DNA of 64,000 nt, taken from contig BCIN01000001.1 of the NCBI GenBank assembly GCA_039545335.1, forward strand, positions 2,229,129-2,293,128, given 5' to 3'. The stretch is from Kondoa subrosea. Taxonomy: Eukaryota. The notes under the pieces were generated by a model. It worked only from the letters and a program-made list of their open reading frames with translations. It was not told the origin of the DNA and made no database searches. The position numbers and the translations under genes were made by a program. Below are positions 36,539 to 52,419 of the stretch, in pieces; the first letter of the stretch is position 1, and the number at the start of each line of letters is the position of its first letter.

Positions 36539-39181
36539 ATGCATCACTCCGATTCCAGCAATCCGTCGGCTTCCGCGAGCATACCACCTGTATCACCTGT
36601 TGAAATGCATGGGTCCGATCCTCTATCGCCCTCACCTTCACATCATCCCAGCATCGATGAACCAAGGCCACTATCGTCGGCGCCAAGCTCCAGGCCGTCA
36701 AGCCGGCCTTCTTCAAGAGGCGAAGGCAGCATCTCTTGCTTAGCTGCCGGAGAAGACTATCATAATTTCCTTCCTAAATCAGGGGAAAATACACCGGGAG
36801 GACCACATCACAATCAAGCAGCCGGTCCGCAATTTGTCTTTTCCCGCAGACCTTCAGGCGACAAGAACAGGAAGTCTTCAGCTCACCGACTACAACCATT
36901 ATCTACCTCGCATCCTGCATCTACTAGTCAAACTTCGATCGCTACAAGTCCCTCTCGCCAGACAACCAAAGGTGCAAACGCTGCGGGCAGTCATGGTCCA
37001 TTGAGCGATTTGCGACGCTTTCTCAATAGTCATCTACATCACAGCAACTCTACCAGCAATACTCCCATCGCAGGAATGACGCCTCGCTTGAGCGATTCAA
37101 CAAACGGTAGCAATGCAGGTAGTCAGCTGGCTTCACCAGAACCAAGCAGCCCTTCAGCTGAGCCGCCCAGTCCGACTCGGACGCATTCAGAAACAACCTC
37201 TGTACAAGATGTAGGTCCGGTTCGCAGCAACAGCCGCAAATCAGATCGCCCGCCTCATGGTCCTTTACGCACCAATTCCTTCTTCTCTGGTAAAAAAACT
37301 CCGCCCAGCGCTGGACCAGGTCTGGGCGATGATCATGCCCATTTACAGAAAAAGTATGGTAAATGGGGCAAAGTATTAGGAAGCGGTGCTGGTGGGACCG
37401 TCCGTCTCATCAAGAGAAACAAGGATGGTCCGGTCTTTGCAGTAAAGGAGTTCAGGCAGAAAAGAGCGAATGAGACGGAAAAGGATTATCTCAAGAAGGT
37501 TACAGCAGAGTTCTGCATCGGTTCAACTCTCCATCGTAGGGCATCTTGTCTCATCTGTTCATATTACAAGCTTACTCGATTCCCGCGCCTTAGACCCAAA
37601 CATCATCGAGACGTTGGACATCATACACGATCATGGTCATTACTACGAAGTTATGGAATACGCCGAATTCGATCTTTTCGCTATAGTCATGTCGGGAAGG
37701 ATGTCTCGGCCAGAAGTATACTGCGTTTGGAAACAGATTGTTGCTGGTGTCGATTATCTTCATTCTATGGGCTTGGCTCACCGAGATCTCAAATTGGACA
37801 ATTGCGTAGTCATGGCTAACAACACTGTCAAATTGATCGATTTTGGCACGGCTACTGTGTTCCGGTATCCTGACCAACAGCCAACAAAGGCTTCTGGCGT
37901 GGTTGGAAGCGATCCTTATCTAGCACCAGAAGTTCTGGCGGGCGAAGACTACAATCCTCAACTGACGGATGTTTGGTCCGTCGGCATTATCTTCATGTGC
38001 ATGATGTTGCGCAGGTTCCCGTGGAAGATCCCAGACGTCAAGCAAGATGGTTCTTTCAGGTTGTATGTGCGCTCACATCCTGAGCTTTGCATGCCTCCAA
38101 CATCGGACCGTAATCACGCTCGCACGCCTTCAACGGCATCTTCGATCAATTCCTCGCCCACGTTGAACACAGCTCGAATCCCCTCACCGGTAGAAGATCA
38201 GTCGCACGCAAGTGCTCCAATCAGCGGCTCAAGCATCTCTAGCTCTTCCTCTCGACGCTCAATGCATTCCGACGATCCCAGTGATTCAGGATACGCGACT
38301 GGCTCGCAAAGCGAGAAACAGCCTACTGAAGTACCAGCTATGGCCCGCAAGGCCGACTCAGCAGCATTGAAATTCACGTCCTTGGCTCATTCTACGTCTC
38401 CAAGTCAAATGAGTGATGGAAACTCTGTCTACGAAGACAGTGTCTCCAATCTGATATCATCTGGTATGGCTACTCCAGCTCAACCAAGCACGCCTACCGC
38501 CAGTGCCGGGTCTAACGCTCGCGCGTTATTGGACTCGCAAAGACCAACTCGTGATGCCGTAGAGCGCGATCCTATGCATCAAAGGGTCAATTCAGAAGAA
38601 TCTCTATCTGATCACAGTAGCGATGCAGATGGAACGCCGGAGGATGCAAGCTTCTTCCCGAAGGACAGGTCGCAAGGCGTAAATATGGCAACTGCACCGC
38701 TAACAATAGGCGGACCAGGCGATGCCTACACTCCGCAAGCACCTCGAAGTCCACGCGCTGTTGCAGCAGCTGGTGTAAATCCCGCAAGCCCTCAGAAGCG
38801 CATTCACAGCCCAAGCATATCAAGCCAAACCACCTACACGTCTGGTGCAGCTGACTCTATCTTCCGTCTTTTACCGCGAGAGACAAGATCCTGCTTGACG
38901 AGGATGCTTGCTGTTGAGCCAAGTCTCCGCTGCACCTTGGCTGATCTTCTTCGCGGTGGTGAGGGTCCTCATGCAAATGCAGCATATCAAGATGATTGGC
39001 TATCAAGTATTCGTCCTTGCGCTGGTCTTAATGGTAAGCCTGTGAAGGGCAGCGATAGGGATTACCATTCCCATGTGCTGATCGCCTCGGGGTACGTTTC
39101 TTTTTTCAATGGTCACTAGGTATAGTCTAACCTCAATGTAGACCTGTAGAAGAGAAGCCTGTCGGTAAAAAGAAGAAGTAA
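36539..39181 (+). CDS. Ser/Thr protein kinase, Hal4/Sat4/Hrk1 (NPR/HAL) family
   Basis: [54 protein letters not shown]. Confidence 0.9.
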
Positions 39182-39199
39182 CTTCGAACACAGTTCCTG

Positions 39200-41803
39200 T
39201 ACGTTGTACCGTAGTGTTTTGGTTGATAGCATGTCAAATCATAGCAAATAATGTAATGTACATATTCCCATTTGTCCTTCAGGCTGGTGCTACCTTCATT
39301 TGAGAAGCTGCGTGTGATACTTGCGCTAGCTGAAACTGCATATCGACGCTCTTTGATGCAATATACTCCATCACCCATTGAGTCGTTAGCTGATCCCCGG
39401 GTTGCATTAGGATGAAAGGCGACGCGATCTTACCCGTTTTGGGAGATTCTGTAATCAGAAGCTTCATTGCCGCCGCTACGAAAGCGGGATCCCAAAGCGA
39501 ATCACCAAGCGGTGAGTGTGATGAAGCAGATCGCAAAAACATCAGAATAGACTGTGCATCAGTTGCATGATGTGAGCTCTCTGCTCTGACAAGATATAAG
39601 ATCCACTGACAGTCGTTACTTGAGCGAATTTGCTTGCGATATTGGCTTCCCAGAGCGTTCGAGGCAAAGAGCCAATCCAATTTGCCAAAGTAGCTTTGCA
39701 ATCAAAGGACAGGTTGTTGATGCAAAAGTGTGAGTTGTAGCCAGACTGTTTTTCGATCTGGGTCGCAACTTAATGAATACAATGTCATCGTGTACATTTT
39801 AAAAAACGCACCAGAAGACATTCTGAGATGAAGTTCAGAACAACAGGCTTAAGCTCCTCGGAAGAAGGGAGACCCAAATACAACTTCAAGACGAGCTGAA
39901 AAACAACAGACATTGTTTCGGAATCCGAGGAGTCCATCAATGACCATAGACTGGGTTTGAGACTTATGAAAGCTGCCGACGACAGGCGCTGGCTCTTCGC
40001 AATATTATGCTAAGTTGAAAAGATGGGTCAGACTCCGACCATTGATCGCTTCTTTTGGTGATGCTCACTTCTGATTGGAGCAAGTTCGTGATGTAAAGCA
40101 ACACGTTGCCTTGCATCGCTTCAGTTGCATCACCCGCATTCATCTTACCCTTGCTTTGTCCCGATCCTTGTTGCCCAATGGCCCTGACCAGAGATACAAT
40201 TTCACAATAACCCAAGTTGAGCTCTAGAAAAACAGCCTGCATATTATCGTCTGTACCGCCTGAAGCCGTTTTGTCAAAAGGGAAATAAGGATGCATGGCT
40301 TTGAGTAACTTGACCATATCTATGAGCGACAAAGAATTCAGAGACGTGCCAGCAGCTTGAGTAATTACAGAGCGGAGAAGGAGTCGCGTGATCTCTACCA
40401 CTGTTTGTACAGTTTGTAGATGTGGGTCGGTGACGGAGGAAAGCGTACTGCTGGGATTGAAGACTGCGGGAGCTGATTCGAGGAAAACTGATAGAAGCGT
40501 GTGACTCAGCAGCCACAGCAGATGAGCAGAAGATAAATTTGCTTCGTAGCTTGCTATGGAAGTGGATGCATGGGGTGATAGATCAGAGAGTGAGCTCGAC
40601 AGATCTTCGATCGAAGTTACGAGATTTATAAGCTTTTTCTTCTGTATTGAGTTATATTGCTTGAAGCCGACGAGTCGTGAATGTTGGACAGCCTGACTGG
40701 CCAGATTCTGATTTGTGCAGCGTTGAGTATACACATCGAAGTTGGTTGGGCAAACAAAAGCGCCTGCAAGATACCACGATTGCTGTGTTCTTGCAGAGTC
40801 AAGAGCGCTGACACTGATGCGCAGGAAAGTAGCCAATGATTGCAATGATAAAGCACGCATCTGAGATCCCATAAGACACTCATGTGAGATGGTAGTTCTG
40901 CTAACGGACCATGGGAGACAGTTGCGCAGAAGACCCGGCGGATGATTGACCGTTCCAATTGCTCTTGACGTGCAATAGTGCCATATAGCAGTCCAGTATT
41001 CGTCGACCAGAGCTTGTTGCATCATTTGCCGCCAGATTCCAGCCCTGCGTGACAGCTTCGGGAAACGCAGACAGCAGAAGATCAAGCATTCTTATGCCGT
41101 CAGCTCTGATATCTACGTTGATGTGAGTCAGAGCTGAAGTAGTGTGAAAGACTAGCAGAGTGTGGAAAGGCGTGGCTGTATCCTGCAGATATCGTGTCAG
41201 CTTGAATTACCTTTCCTTACAGTTTGCACTGACTCGCACGAAGGGCAAATAATTTGCAAAGAAGGAGAGGAGAGCTTTGCGAACACTCGAATCGACATGT
41301 ATCATCATGGGCACGCAAGCTTTCAATGTCGAGCCAACATTGGAAAGCATGAAAGAAGGATAGTTTGTACAAAGTTCTTGTAAGCCAAGCAAACCATCTG
41401 AAACGACACAGATCTGCGCGTGTCAACAAGCTACAGCAGACTGAAGCAAACCTTTCTTGCTAGCAGCTGCATAATGATTGACCTGCCCAATCAAGTCCTC
41501 AAAAGTATGATTGCGTCTTGTAGTAGGTACGCCAGTGTTATCGACATCCAGACTTTGAGAAGGTAGAGTGATCGCTGCAACACATATCGTTTGAGATGGA
41601 TGATTTTGAATGCAAGGTGATTTGGCATACACTTTGCAGCTATCTTTGTGTTTGTAGCATTCTGAGAAACTAGCTTGCCCTTCCCTAGTTTTAACTTGGT
41701 TTTCTTCAAAGAAGATCAGAAACATGCGAAATCAGACGAGCAAGACCAGACTGACTTGAAAGTCCTGTGCTTTTGCTGTCTTCTTCTTGGTCGAGTTGCC
41801 CAT
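39200..41803 (-). CDS. IPI1: Pre-rRNA processing protein Ipi1 (Rix1 complex, TEX10-like); 3' end uncertain
   Basis: KKKTAKAQDF.KTKLKLGKGK...NATNT, ITLPSQSL, NHYAAASKK, D.SVRKALL, SALTHINVDIR. Confidence 0.8.
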
Positions 41804-42088
41804 CTCAGCGGAAGGTGGGAAAGCAGAGAATTCTCTCGGCCCTTCTTTGGGTGAGGGGTGCTACACTTTTCACAAGTCAAGTGACAATGTTTCGCCTTCT
41901 CCCTCTCTTCCCCTTCCACCAACTTGACACTACTTCGCAGATCTCAAAGTCCTAATACATCACTACAAGTAAGTTCATCATCATACCACTCAGCAAGGAA
42001 TCTACGCTTTGCAAGGTGGTATTGCCAGCGAAACCGGGGCTCATAACGCCTCTTTCCATTTCCAGGCTTCCTCGACCAAACACATACC

Positions 42089-43279
<1,191 letters not shown>

Positions 43280-43529
43280 TCATGTTTCGCCAAACATCAG
43301 ACCTTTGTAACATTGTAATGCCATTATGATCGCTTTGGCAGATTGTTCTCTTCGTCTAGCTTTGTGCACTATCGCACAAGTCATTCGACCCAACCGCTCT
43401 CTTCATGTGATCTTCGTGTTACTGCAAATTGCCTCTCATCTATACTTTTGCTTAACTCTGTGCAGCGAAGGGAACTTTAGCGTTGTCGCGCCCTCGCGTC
43501 CCCAGACTGCCCTGGATCATCTGCGTGCG

Positions 43530-44357
43530 ATGCGGGTCCTCGGTCCCTTTGGGTCGCTCTTGTCTTCGCCTTTGCGCTTCTGTATGCATACGGAAACGTA
43601 CCTGCCCAAAGGTGCTGCCGGCGCTTTGTCCTATTCTGTACCCGTCGCTCAAGTTCTTCTCATGTTTCGTACAGACTTCTTAATCTCTTTAACTTCTGCT
43701 GAAGGATATATCGTACCTCATGGTCTACTGCACCCCGAGCTTGCTCCGTCACCTCGTGAAAAGCGGACAGCCTACGTATCTTGTTCGCGTGCGGCCTTTG
43801 TTTCTGCTTTTGACGTCGGCAAAGGTAATGCTTATAGTGTCTCTTAGATTTTTACCATGACGTTGAATGTATGAAGTGTAGGCTCTGTTCTGCATCGGAT
43901 ATGGCCCAAAGCAAAGTCTCTTCCTGGTTTGGGCAAATTGATCGAAGCTCAATTGCGCCGACGAATCGCTCAGGAATTCTATCTACTGAACAGCAATGCC
44001 TGCTTAGCAGCACTCCACGAGTGCGAAGATCTATCTAGCATTTCCTCTGATTCGGTAGTTCTGCGTTTCAACGAGGATCAGTCATTGGCGACTTCAGAAA
44101 TGTATTTCCCCGTGAAATACGATTTGTTTCGAATCTTTTTGGAGTCCGAAGATTTCCCGATGGCAAAATCAGCAGCACAAGAACACCTTCAGGCAATTCG
44201 AGCACTTCTTCAGCTGAACAGCAGCGCAACACCACTTCCTAGCCAATTTCTTCTCAAAAAGAGTCAAGATTCAGCAGCATTGTTGCTCGCTCTGCATCGC
44301 TGGACTCTCTGGACAAGAGATAGGGCTAGTGCAAGACGGCAGCAAATAACGAGGTAA
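43530..44357 (+). CDS. Hypothetical protein
   Basis: Open exons with GT-AG introns and a 142-codon final ORF; no recognised domain. Confidence 0.4.
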
Positions 44358-44552
44358 ACTGAGTGAAAACTAGTAATGCCACCCCATTTCTGGCTGCAAA
44401 CAGAGGGTCTTCACAGTGACGAGAATGCTACAACAAGATCAATGACCGTATAAGATAAGGCAATGTACATAGATGAATAGCTATACAAATAGCTGTAACT
44501 GTTGAAAGCTTGTAAGAACCGGTTGCTCTTTCGAAGACCTATGGCGCACCAA

Positions 44553-46754
44553 TCATTGTAGGTGACCATCATCAACTCCTCCGTCAGATGCGATCCGGCG
44601 AAGCAGATCGATTTCGATACCACCGACACCAGCTATTTCTACTCCAGCGTCTTGGAGATCATCCGTTGATTCTTCCCCAGCGTCGTCTTCGTTGAAAGTT
44701 TGGACTTCCGCTTGAGAAGGGGAAACAGTTTCGACGAGGCTCGCTGCTGCACGTACAGCTGCAGCGTTGGCTGCACGCGGATCCGTCATTGCCCGAGGTC
44801 TTCTACGAGCAGGCGCAGCAACAGGCGTAGTCCGACCGTCCCTACGATCTCCAGTTCTTGTTGAATTGTGAGAATGTGGTTCAATGCCATCTTTAGCCGA
44901 ACACCAATAGCTGTAAAAGCAGCGATTAGGTACCTAATTTCTGCTAGCGAAGGACTATTTACCGATGTCCTCCTTGCCATGCTTTAGATTGACACGACTT
45001 GCTGCAGTACTTGGCTTTCCTGCATCGACGGCATTTGGCAAATTCTCTGGGAAACTTTTCCCATTCTCCGCATTGCATGTTGGCGCATTGTCGCACCCCA
45101 TCCCTTGCTTCATCTTTTCTGCAAGCATTGCGCATGATCACACCTGCCCAGTATTGAATATCCGTGGGCAAGCGCGGTGTGATGCGATCGCCTGGTGCTG
45201 GGCGAAAAGTGAATTTCTCGACCAAGCTGAAGATATTGTTTGACTTGTCCGCTGGAGCTTTGGGCGCCGACGGAGCAGAAGAAAAGGAGGAGCAGGCGTA
45301 ATCAGACTCGGGATCGTGAAAAACCGCCCGAACATGAGGGTATTTGGAAAGATAGGCGAGAAGTTGCAGACAAGTGAGTACTTCTTCCTCCCGGAAGCGA
45401 AAGCCATCTTCAGATAGCTGATACGCGGAAGAAGAGCTGGTTGACGCAGAAGGAGTAGGCGACATATTAGTTGAAGCTGGATCATCCGCATTGGAAAGCG
45501 AAAGAGGATAAGTGGGTACTGGAGATCGCAACAGGAGCGCCTCTCGAGCAGGCGAGTTGGCTTCTGCTATAACAGAATGGCTGCCGAGCACAGTTTCCAT
45601 GTCATCGTCCAAATCCATAGGTTGACCGTTCGGCAGGCCATCTTCGTCCACCATTGCGCCATCTCCATCTGTCCCATCTTCGCCAGTCGTTGCAGTAGGC
45701 CCTGTTTTGACAGTGAGACTTCTAGCTCGGCCACGACGTTGCAAGGCTGCTAAAGCTTGCGCCTCTGCTTCTGCTTCAGCCTCTTCGCAGAGCTCGTCAT
45801 CTTCTCGCTCTTGATCACCATCAGAAGAACCAGCCATATCATCCGTTGCCGTTGAAGAGACAGCGTGATATATGGTAGTGATGTTGGAGGTACTGGCGCT
45901 GGGTTGCAACAAGCCTACCGGCGAATTTGAACGCGACGGAGGTTGCGTATTGGGAACCGAGAGGGATACGTTGCCGGAAGAAAAGGAAGAGGAGACAGGA
46001 AGATGTGAGGAAGCATTATTGTGAACAGCAGGTGTATTGGCCGAGAATTCGATTGTATTACCAGATTCCCAAGTTGCAGATCTGATGGCTTTGAATTGCT
46101 GCTTGACTTGGTCGGCCAGCTGACCAGCTTTGCGATCTCGCTCGTCAAGAAAGCTCTTCAGTACCCTAGCCACGACCCGTAATACTCCAGCTTCCACAAC
46201 TCGCGTTCGAACGGACTCGGTGCCTCGCACGCCGACATTGCAAAGTGCTTGAATTGACAGAGTATACGTGATGAGCAAGGCGCGAGAGTAAGCGACAGAT
46301 CCTTTGGGACCGGCCAACTGATTTTCCGTGAAGGCGGCAGGATTATTGCTACTGGAGGACTTCTTCGAATAAGAGGCAAAGGAGCGGAAGGGGCCGCCTT
46401 GAGAGACTGCTTTGAGATTGTTCGCTGTTGGTGCCGTGGATGCTGCAGCTCGCCCAGCAGCATCTAAGCTCGACGCCACAATGGAAACCAGCCTTTCCAA
46501 TCCTCCATCCAAAGTCAGAATTTCCCTTATCCGAGGTGAAGTCGAAGTGAGGAAAGAGAGATGAGTGAGAGATGAGACGAGCGGTAGAGTTGGCAAGGGA
46601 CCGTCCAAGGCTTTTTTGGTCAAGCGAATTTACGTCAACATGACCATCTCTGGCTCTTGATCAAGAATCTCTTACCTCTACGGTCATACAATTGCGATGT
46701 TATACAAACGCAGGCTTTATTTTGCGTTGGAAAGTTGTGATTCGGTTGGCGCAT
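44553..46754 (-). CDS. MUB1: MYND zinc-finger protein SamB/Mub1
   Basis: MRESN..FP..NKACVCITSQLYDRR, LTSTSPRIREILTLDGGLERL, YWAGVIMRNACRKD, CAN..C...AKCRRCRKAKYCSK.CQ..AW. Confidence 0.9.
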
Positions 46755-47066
46755 GATCCGAGCGGGAAGACTTTCAGCGAAAGCAGCGGCCTAGAGAGTG
46801 ATGGGTATATGTCGAGGCGCGAGTGAATAGACCAGTGAGCGTAAAGTAAGCCGTGATTGTTGTGCAAGTTGAACGGTTTAAAACAAGAGAATGGCTGAGA
46901 AACGAATTTCCGCAACAAGTCTGTATAAAGCTGTATAACGAGGACCGTTCTATGCTTTGCAACATGATAACACGCCGCTCCAACAGCGAACCAGCTGCAA
47001 ATGACGATACTCGCTTTGCATGACTTCAATATGATGATGTTATTACACGGCGGTAAATGCTATCTA

Positions 47067-50000
47067 TTACAATGCTTCGGTATCGGCGATAGTCTGTGCT
47101 TTGTTCGGTGAGGTCACCCATCGTGTATGTTTTCGTTCTCCTTCAAGAACCGTTGTTTGCGCGATAGAATCTTCATGCCGATTTGATGAGGGAAGCGAAA
47201 CGCATGAATCAGCACTGTTCGGCAACATTGAATTGTTGTTGTTGACAGTTTGCTGATGCGATGAAGTTAGATGCTGGAGTTCCTGTTTCACCTCCTCTTC
47301 CTCGTCCAAATCCATACCATATGAAACCAAAGATTGAGGCGGGGACGCCTCTTGAGGAACAGTTCGCTTGAATTTAGTCTTGTTATGACCACTAGTAGCG
47401 ATTTTAGTAGCTTCTGAAGACTTTATTTGATCCGGAATGAGAACATTCTTTGAGGTACCAGATGAAATCTCTGTTCTGTTCGACGGCGCGAAATAAGGAG
47501 AAGCCGTTTCATCTGGCAGTACTGGTGCTACAGAACCTGAAGTAGTTTGGGCGGTAACACTCTCGTTGCTGGCTGCTTTTGACGGCTGAGGTGCTTTGTC
47601 AGTGACTTTTCCCACCTGACTGCTTTTGACGGGCGATTGGGTTTCGTCGTCCGATACAACGTGGACGTCTTGAAGCTCTGGCGAGGATTTGTCTACTCTG
47701 CGCCTCTTTGCTGAGACACTTGCGGGCTAGTATGGGTTTCATTCAGCAAATGAACAGCCCCATTTGTCTAACCTCACCTTGCTGTTCGACACGACTGCAG
47801 CAGCTTCGCTAGCAGCTGGTCGCTCCTCAAAGCCAATTACGGGTCCGGCCGCCTCTTTGCGTTGGCGCTCTTTTTCAGCTCTTCGCCGCTGCTTTTCTGC
47901 TTGCTCTGCTTTGTCTCGCTCTGCCTTAATCACTAGCCACTGCTTGGAGAGCTTTTGAATGTCGGCTTTCATCGCTTGTCGTCGATGATCTAGTTCGGCA
48001 TCTTTCCAGCGCTTGATGTAATGATTTGGCTTCTTCTTCTTAGGCGGTTTGATGGCCTGGGTAGGCAGGTCAGGGTTTCTCTTGCACCGCACAAGGTGCA
48101 AACTGACCGCAAAGGCAATGGCTTCCTTGGGATCTTCGAGAAACTTCTCGACAAAGTGCAGAAGATAGATGCCGCAATCCCAAAAATTGCCCTGTATTGG
48201 GACACCACAAGGTTTGCCAATGATGTTTTGTTCGGCGACTTTCGCATTCAAGGCCACCTCTTTCTTGTCCGCCGTTTCCCGTACCATGTATTGTCGTAAT
48301 TTGGTAACGACCTGGCCATGAGAGGCGCCTAGCGAATCAAAAGTGAGGATGTGACACCTGGATTGATTAGTCTGTGTGCCCGAGGACAGAAACACTTAGA
48401 TGACCGCTTACTGTTTTGGTTCTGCCGGACCGATGTCTGTTGCAATGGAGTTCTCGCATCCATTTATTACAGGAGCTTGCGCGTCACCAAGATTTGACAA
48501 CTTCATCTCTACATCTTCCTCTCGCTGATTGTCATTCACTTCGGATAATTGAGGGTTTGGCAAAGCAGCCTCTGTTGCAACATGCGAAGAAGCTTGAATA
48601 TCCGGGACTCCGTCAGTTACCTGCCCATCAAGATGAGATTGGTGCGAGAGACTGGCTTCGAAACTTCGCTTTACTCCTTCGAGAGCGGAGAAAAGAGCGG
48701 ATACTGGTTCTGGTTCTTCGATGTCAGCTTCGACACTGTCTTCTACTGATGAAGCGCGAGATACCGCAGTCTGCTGCGCTGGACTGTTGTGACCGGAAGC
48801 AGGCGGCTCAGAGACATTGAGCGTGAAATTGCGAGAATCTAACGGCTCGGTACTGGAAGGTTTGCTGATTATCGGCGTAGAGGAATTGGTTCTGGAGCGA
48901 TCGTGATCTACGGTTTTGCTTGCGCGGGACGCAGATTCGGCCACGGGCTCTGTGTTTGGTGATGGATCTTCAACAACGGCATCAACATCCATAGGAGAAA
49001 CTGCTGCCGAGGGACCATTCTCTTGGACGGGCAGAGAAGCTTTATGAACAGCAATCCGAGAGCTCTGACGTCTGTCAGGTCCTGCCAGATCTCCCAGCTT
49101 CGGCACCAAACCGGGATTACAGATGATGGCTAAGTACCAATGTAAACTGTGAGACGATATCAGAGAACTCTCAAGTTGATCCGTGCTGCTCACTTCTCGT
49201 TGATGGGAACAATCACATAGTCTTTCTCGAAGAGATCGACCTTCGCTGTCCATTTCCGGACGGATTCGTAATTATCAGCCGTTTTGTCTCTATAAGGAAG
49301 CAGAATTAGCCCAAATCAATGCGAAACAGGTTGATCTTACTTCGTCTTGTTCTTCTGCGTGAGCTTCTTGTAGAAGAAGGAATTGAACATGTGAACAAGT
49401 AGCGCCGAAGATTCTTCCTTTGTCTTGGCATTCTCGCAGATCCGTCTGGCCAATATCATCAGATGTGGCACAACCCTACAGGACGAACATACTTCAAACC
49501 AAATTCGATCAATGTGTCGTTCAAAAACTCCTCTTCTTCCAGTCTGCGCAGATCCGCAGCTGTCACAGAGATTCCACCAGTTCCTTCGAAAGGGTATACC
49601 AAGATACTTTTAGCTGCTCAGCGTGGATTACCATCGAGCCTACAAATGGCTTACATTTGATCGGAACCCGCAATTTGATCATCGAGAACAATCGGCTGTT
49701 CCGCAGCTTTCCGCTTGCGCGTAGTGACGCCTTCGGACCTCCGCGCTGTTGACTGAGGTTCGGTGATCTCAACGGACCCGCCTAGAGTTTGGCCAGTCAC
49801 TTTGCCCTTGCCTTTGCCTTTTCCATTGTCACGCATACCATCAATAGTATTGGGTGTCGATTGAGCCGAAGGTGAGCCACTGAAGCCATTCATTATTTTT
49901 GTGATATCTTGCTGTGAGTCTTTCACTTACTAGAAATCTTGAAGAGTATGATTTGTGCCTTGCAACTCTGCCTTTGCCTTCACTGTTTGTCCCTTAGGCC

Positions 50001-52235
50001 TGATGCCAGCACCAACATCTGATGCTGACGTCGTGGACCTGGTGATACGCTTCTGTTCTGCATGTTTTGTCTGTTCTTCGGCGACCATTCGAAGCATGCC
50101 TATGTGACCAGTCCAAGCGGAATCGCTGCACTTCTGGGTTAGAAGATGGGCAAGCGGACGCAAGCAAAGACAGACTCTAGCATCTCTCGCGTTATTTTCC
50201 CTTCTGTAGTACCGTCCCGGAACTGGTTGACGAGAAAGTGCAAACTTTTTTCTGTATAATCGGAATCGGAATCGTCGAAGTAAATCGTAATCCAGCTAAT
50301 GTGCGCTTAGAGACAGAATGAAGTATCAGCTGTGCTGCCTTCTCTAGTGAGCGCTTCACTAACCGTCGGCCGAAGTTCCAGGTTCCCACATGCCAGGAAT
50401 CGCAGTTCTTTCTAAATCGGGATAGGACTTGACCGACAGAGCACAATACGGAGGTAATTTGATGGTCTTACTCGCTGTCGCAGAGACAAAAGGCAACTGA
50501 CGGATACCGTGAGCAGCACCTTCATAAGGTATGGACCCTGTTTACCTTGATCGATTGAATATGGCCATAAGGTATTCTAAGGTTTTCGCTTTGGCTTCCA
50601 GTCTGATTGAGTCGTAGAGCCAGGTGACGTGGACCGATTACCAGCTCGACATATCTCTTGGACTGTTCCGAGAGACCCAAGCGAGTCCAAGAAATAGGAA
50701 TTGACTCGAGCTGTACACTCGGTTGGCTGGTCTGAACACCTGGCCGTCGGGGCTGAGCGATTGTGGGCCTTTCTTGGGCTTTGTTGGCCTTGTTAGACTA
50801 TCAGAAACCTTCGATCAAATTATTTGACTTTACTTACATCTTTCTTTCGCATCATCGCGCTTGGCCGAGGGGCATCGTAATTCGCTCTTTTGACCGCTGT
50901 GTTCCCTTCTGGTATTAACGGCTCCGAAACGAAGCAGCTGATCGGATCTGACGATTCCTGGACTGGTTCAGGCAAACGACTGGTCGAAGCAACCGGTGGT
51001 CTAGGCTCTTCATCGCTTTCCACTATCATTCCATCGTCTGCGTTCTGAATCGGATCTTCTTCCTCTGATGAATTGTCGAGGAGGGAGATGATCTCCGGCG
51101 CTGCAATGTTTTTCTCGGGCGCTTTGCCCTTTTTGCCTTTCCTTCCTGGCTTCGCGGCTGCCGAAGTTTTGGGTGGCAACTTTCTATCTTGCGCAGCTGC
51201 GACAATCGCAGGAGCTCTAGCCTGATTGAGATTGACGAGTTGTGCAGCTTTTTCCTGTTGAGAGCTACCAACATCTATACCATTAGCTGACATAGTGCTG
51301 CCGCTCAGGTAAAAGGATTCAGGATGCGAATTTGGCCCTGATGCCAGTGTCAATAGCTCGCATGTATTCAGACATCTGCCACTAACCGCGCATGTCAAAA
51401 GCCGGCTCAGAGCTGGTCCCAGGTTCCTTCTTATTGAATTTCAGGGTGGAAAGCTGTACCTTGCTATCTCTGGTAGAGGCAAAAGCAGGCGGAGCTGTTT
51501 CTCTGCCTTTCCCTTTGCTGGAGGATTTGGCTGCAGTCGTAATTGCGGTGGACATCGGATTGGTGTAATTGTTCTTGCTCTTCGGCCTGGACATGTTCAC
51601 GGCTCCAATAGCTTCGCCCTGTCGACACAGATATTTGGTATAAATCATGCTGCTATAAGAAAATTCTGCAGTCCAGGCTTACGGGCACGATAGTTTGAGG
51701 TTTCTGCGACATCAATGAGTGCCTAAAAAGCAGCAATAAGCGCTGAAAAGTGGTAGACAACGCGCATGCATACGCTCTGTCTTTCAACCCTTGGACCGTA
51801 CTTTGCACCAGTTTAGTCGCAGCTGCAGGTATGGCGTGGTACAGAGAAGATGTTTGCTCTTGCTTATGTCTTGCTATGTTTTGATTTGTGTCGACCTCGT
51901 CTTCAACGCTAAGCACGATGGAAGCCTTCCCTCGATTAACAGGCGTGCAAGGAGAAGCTGGGACTGCTGCACAGTGAGAAGACTAAGGAGCGCTGGATGA
52001 GTTCGTTGCTTTAAATGCTTCGTTTTGCGGTATGATTGACCTTATTATGCACAGTTCTCGAAACGCTTTGCTGGGCTTCGGGTGAATTCTCGATAGTAAA
52101 GCGCTCGTCAATTGATTGTGTATCGCCAACCAGGTGCGCGAAGCTTCCAAAGTTCATTAACAGGCGCCAGGTTTCAGCAGTTGTACTTCGCTCAGATCAA
52201 TGTTGCAATGGAATGGTAAGGTAAGCTCGTTCCAT
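47067..52235 (-). CDS. Ulp2-like SUMO protease (peptidase C48), long low-complexity N-terminus
   Basis: EEEFLNDTLIEF, HMFNSFFYKKL, VRKWTAKVDL, LHWYLAIICNPG, TFDSLG, PIQGNFWDCGIYLLHFVEKF (His-Asp-Cys triad). Confidence 0.85.
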
Positions 52236-52419
52236 AGTCCTTGTGCCGATGAAATGACCGTTACGAGAAAGACGCTGTGTGCTCCAGGTCGTCGAGCGGG
52301 TCAGAACAGATACAAGAAACTTTGAAGAAAGTCAATACCACCACGCGATTCCGAGATTGATCTGTCACGCTGGCTCTATTAAACCTTGCCTTCAGACAAT
52401 CGTATACAACATTTGCTAT

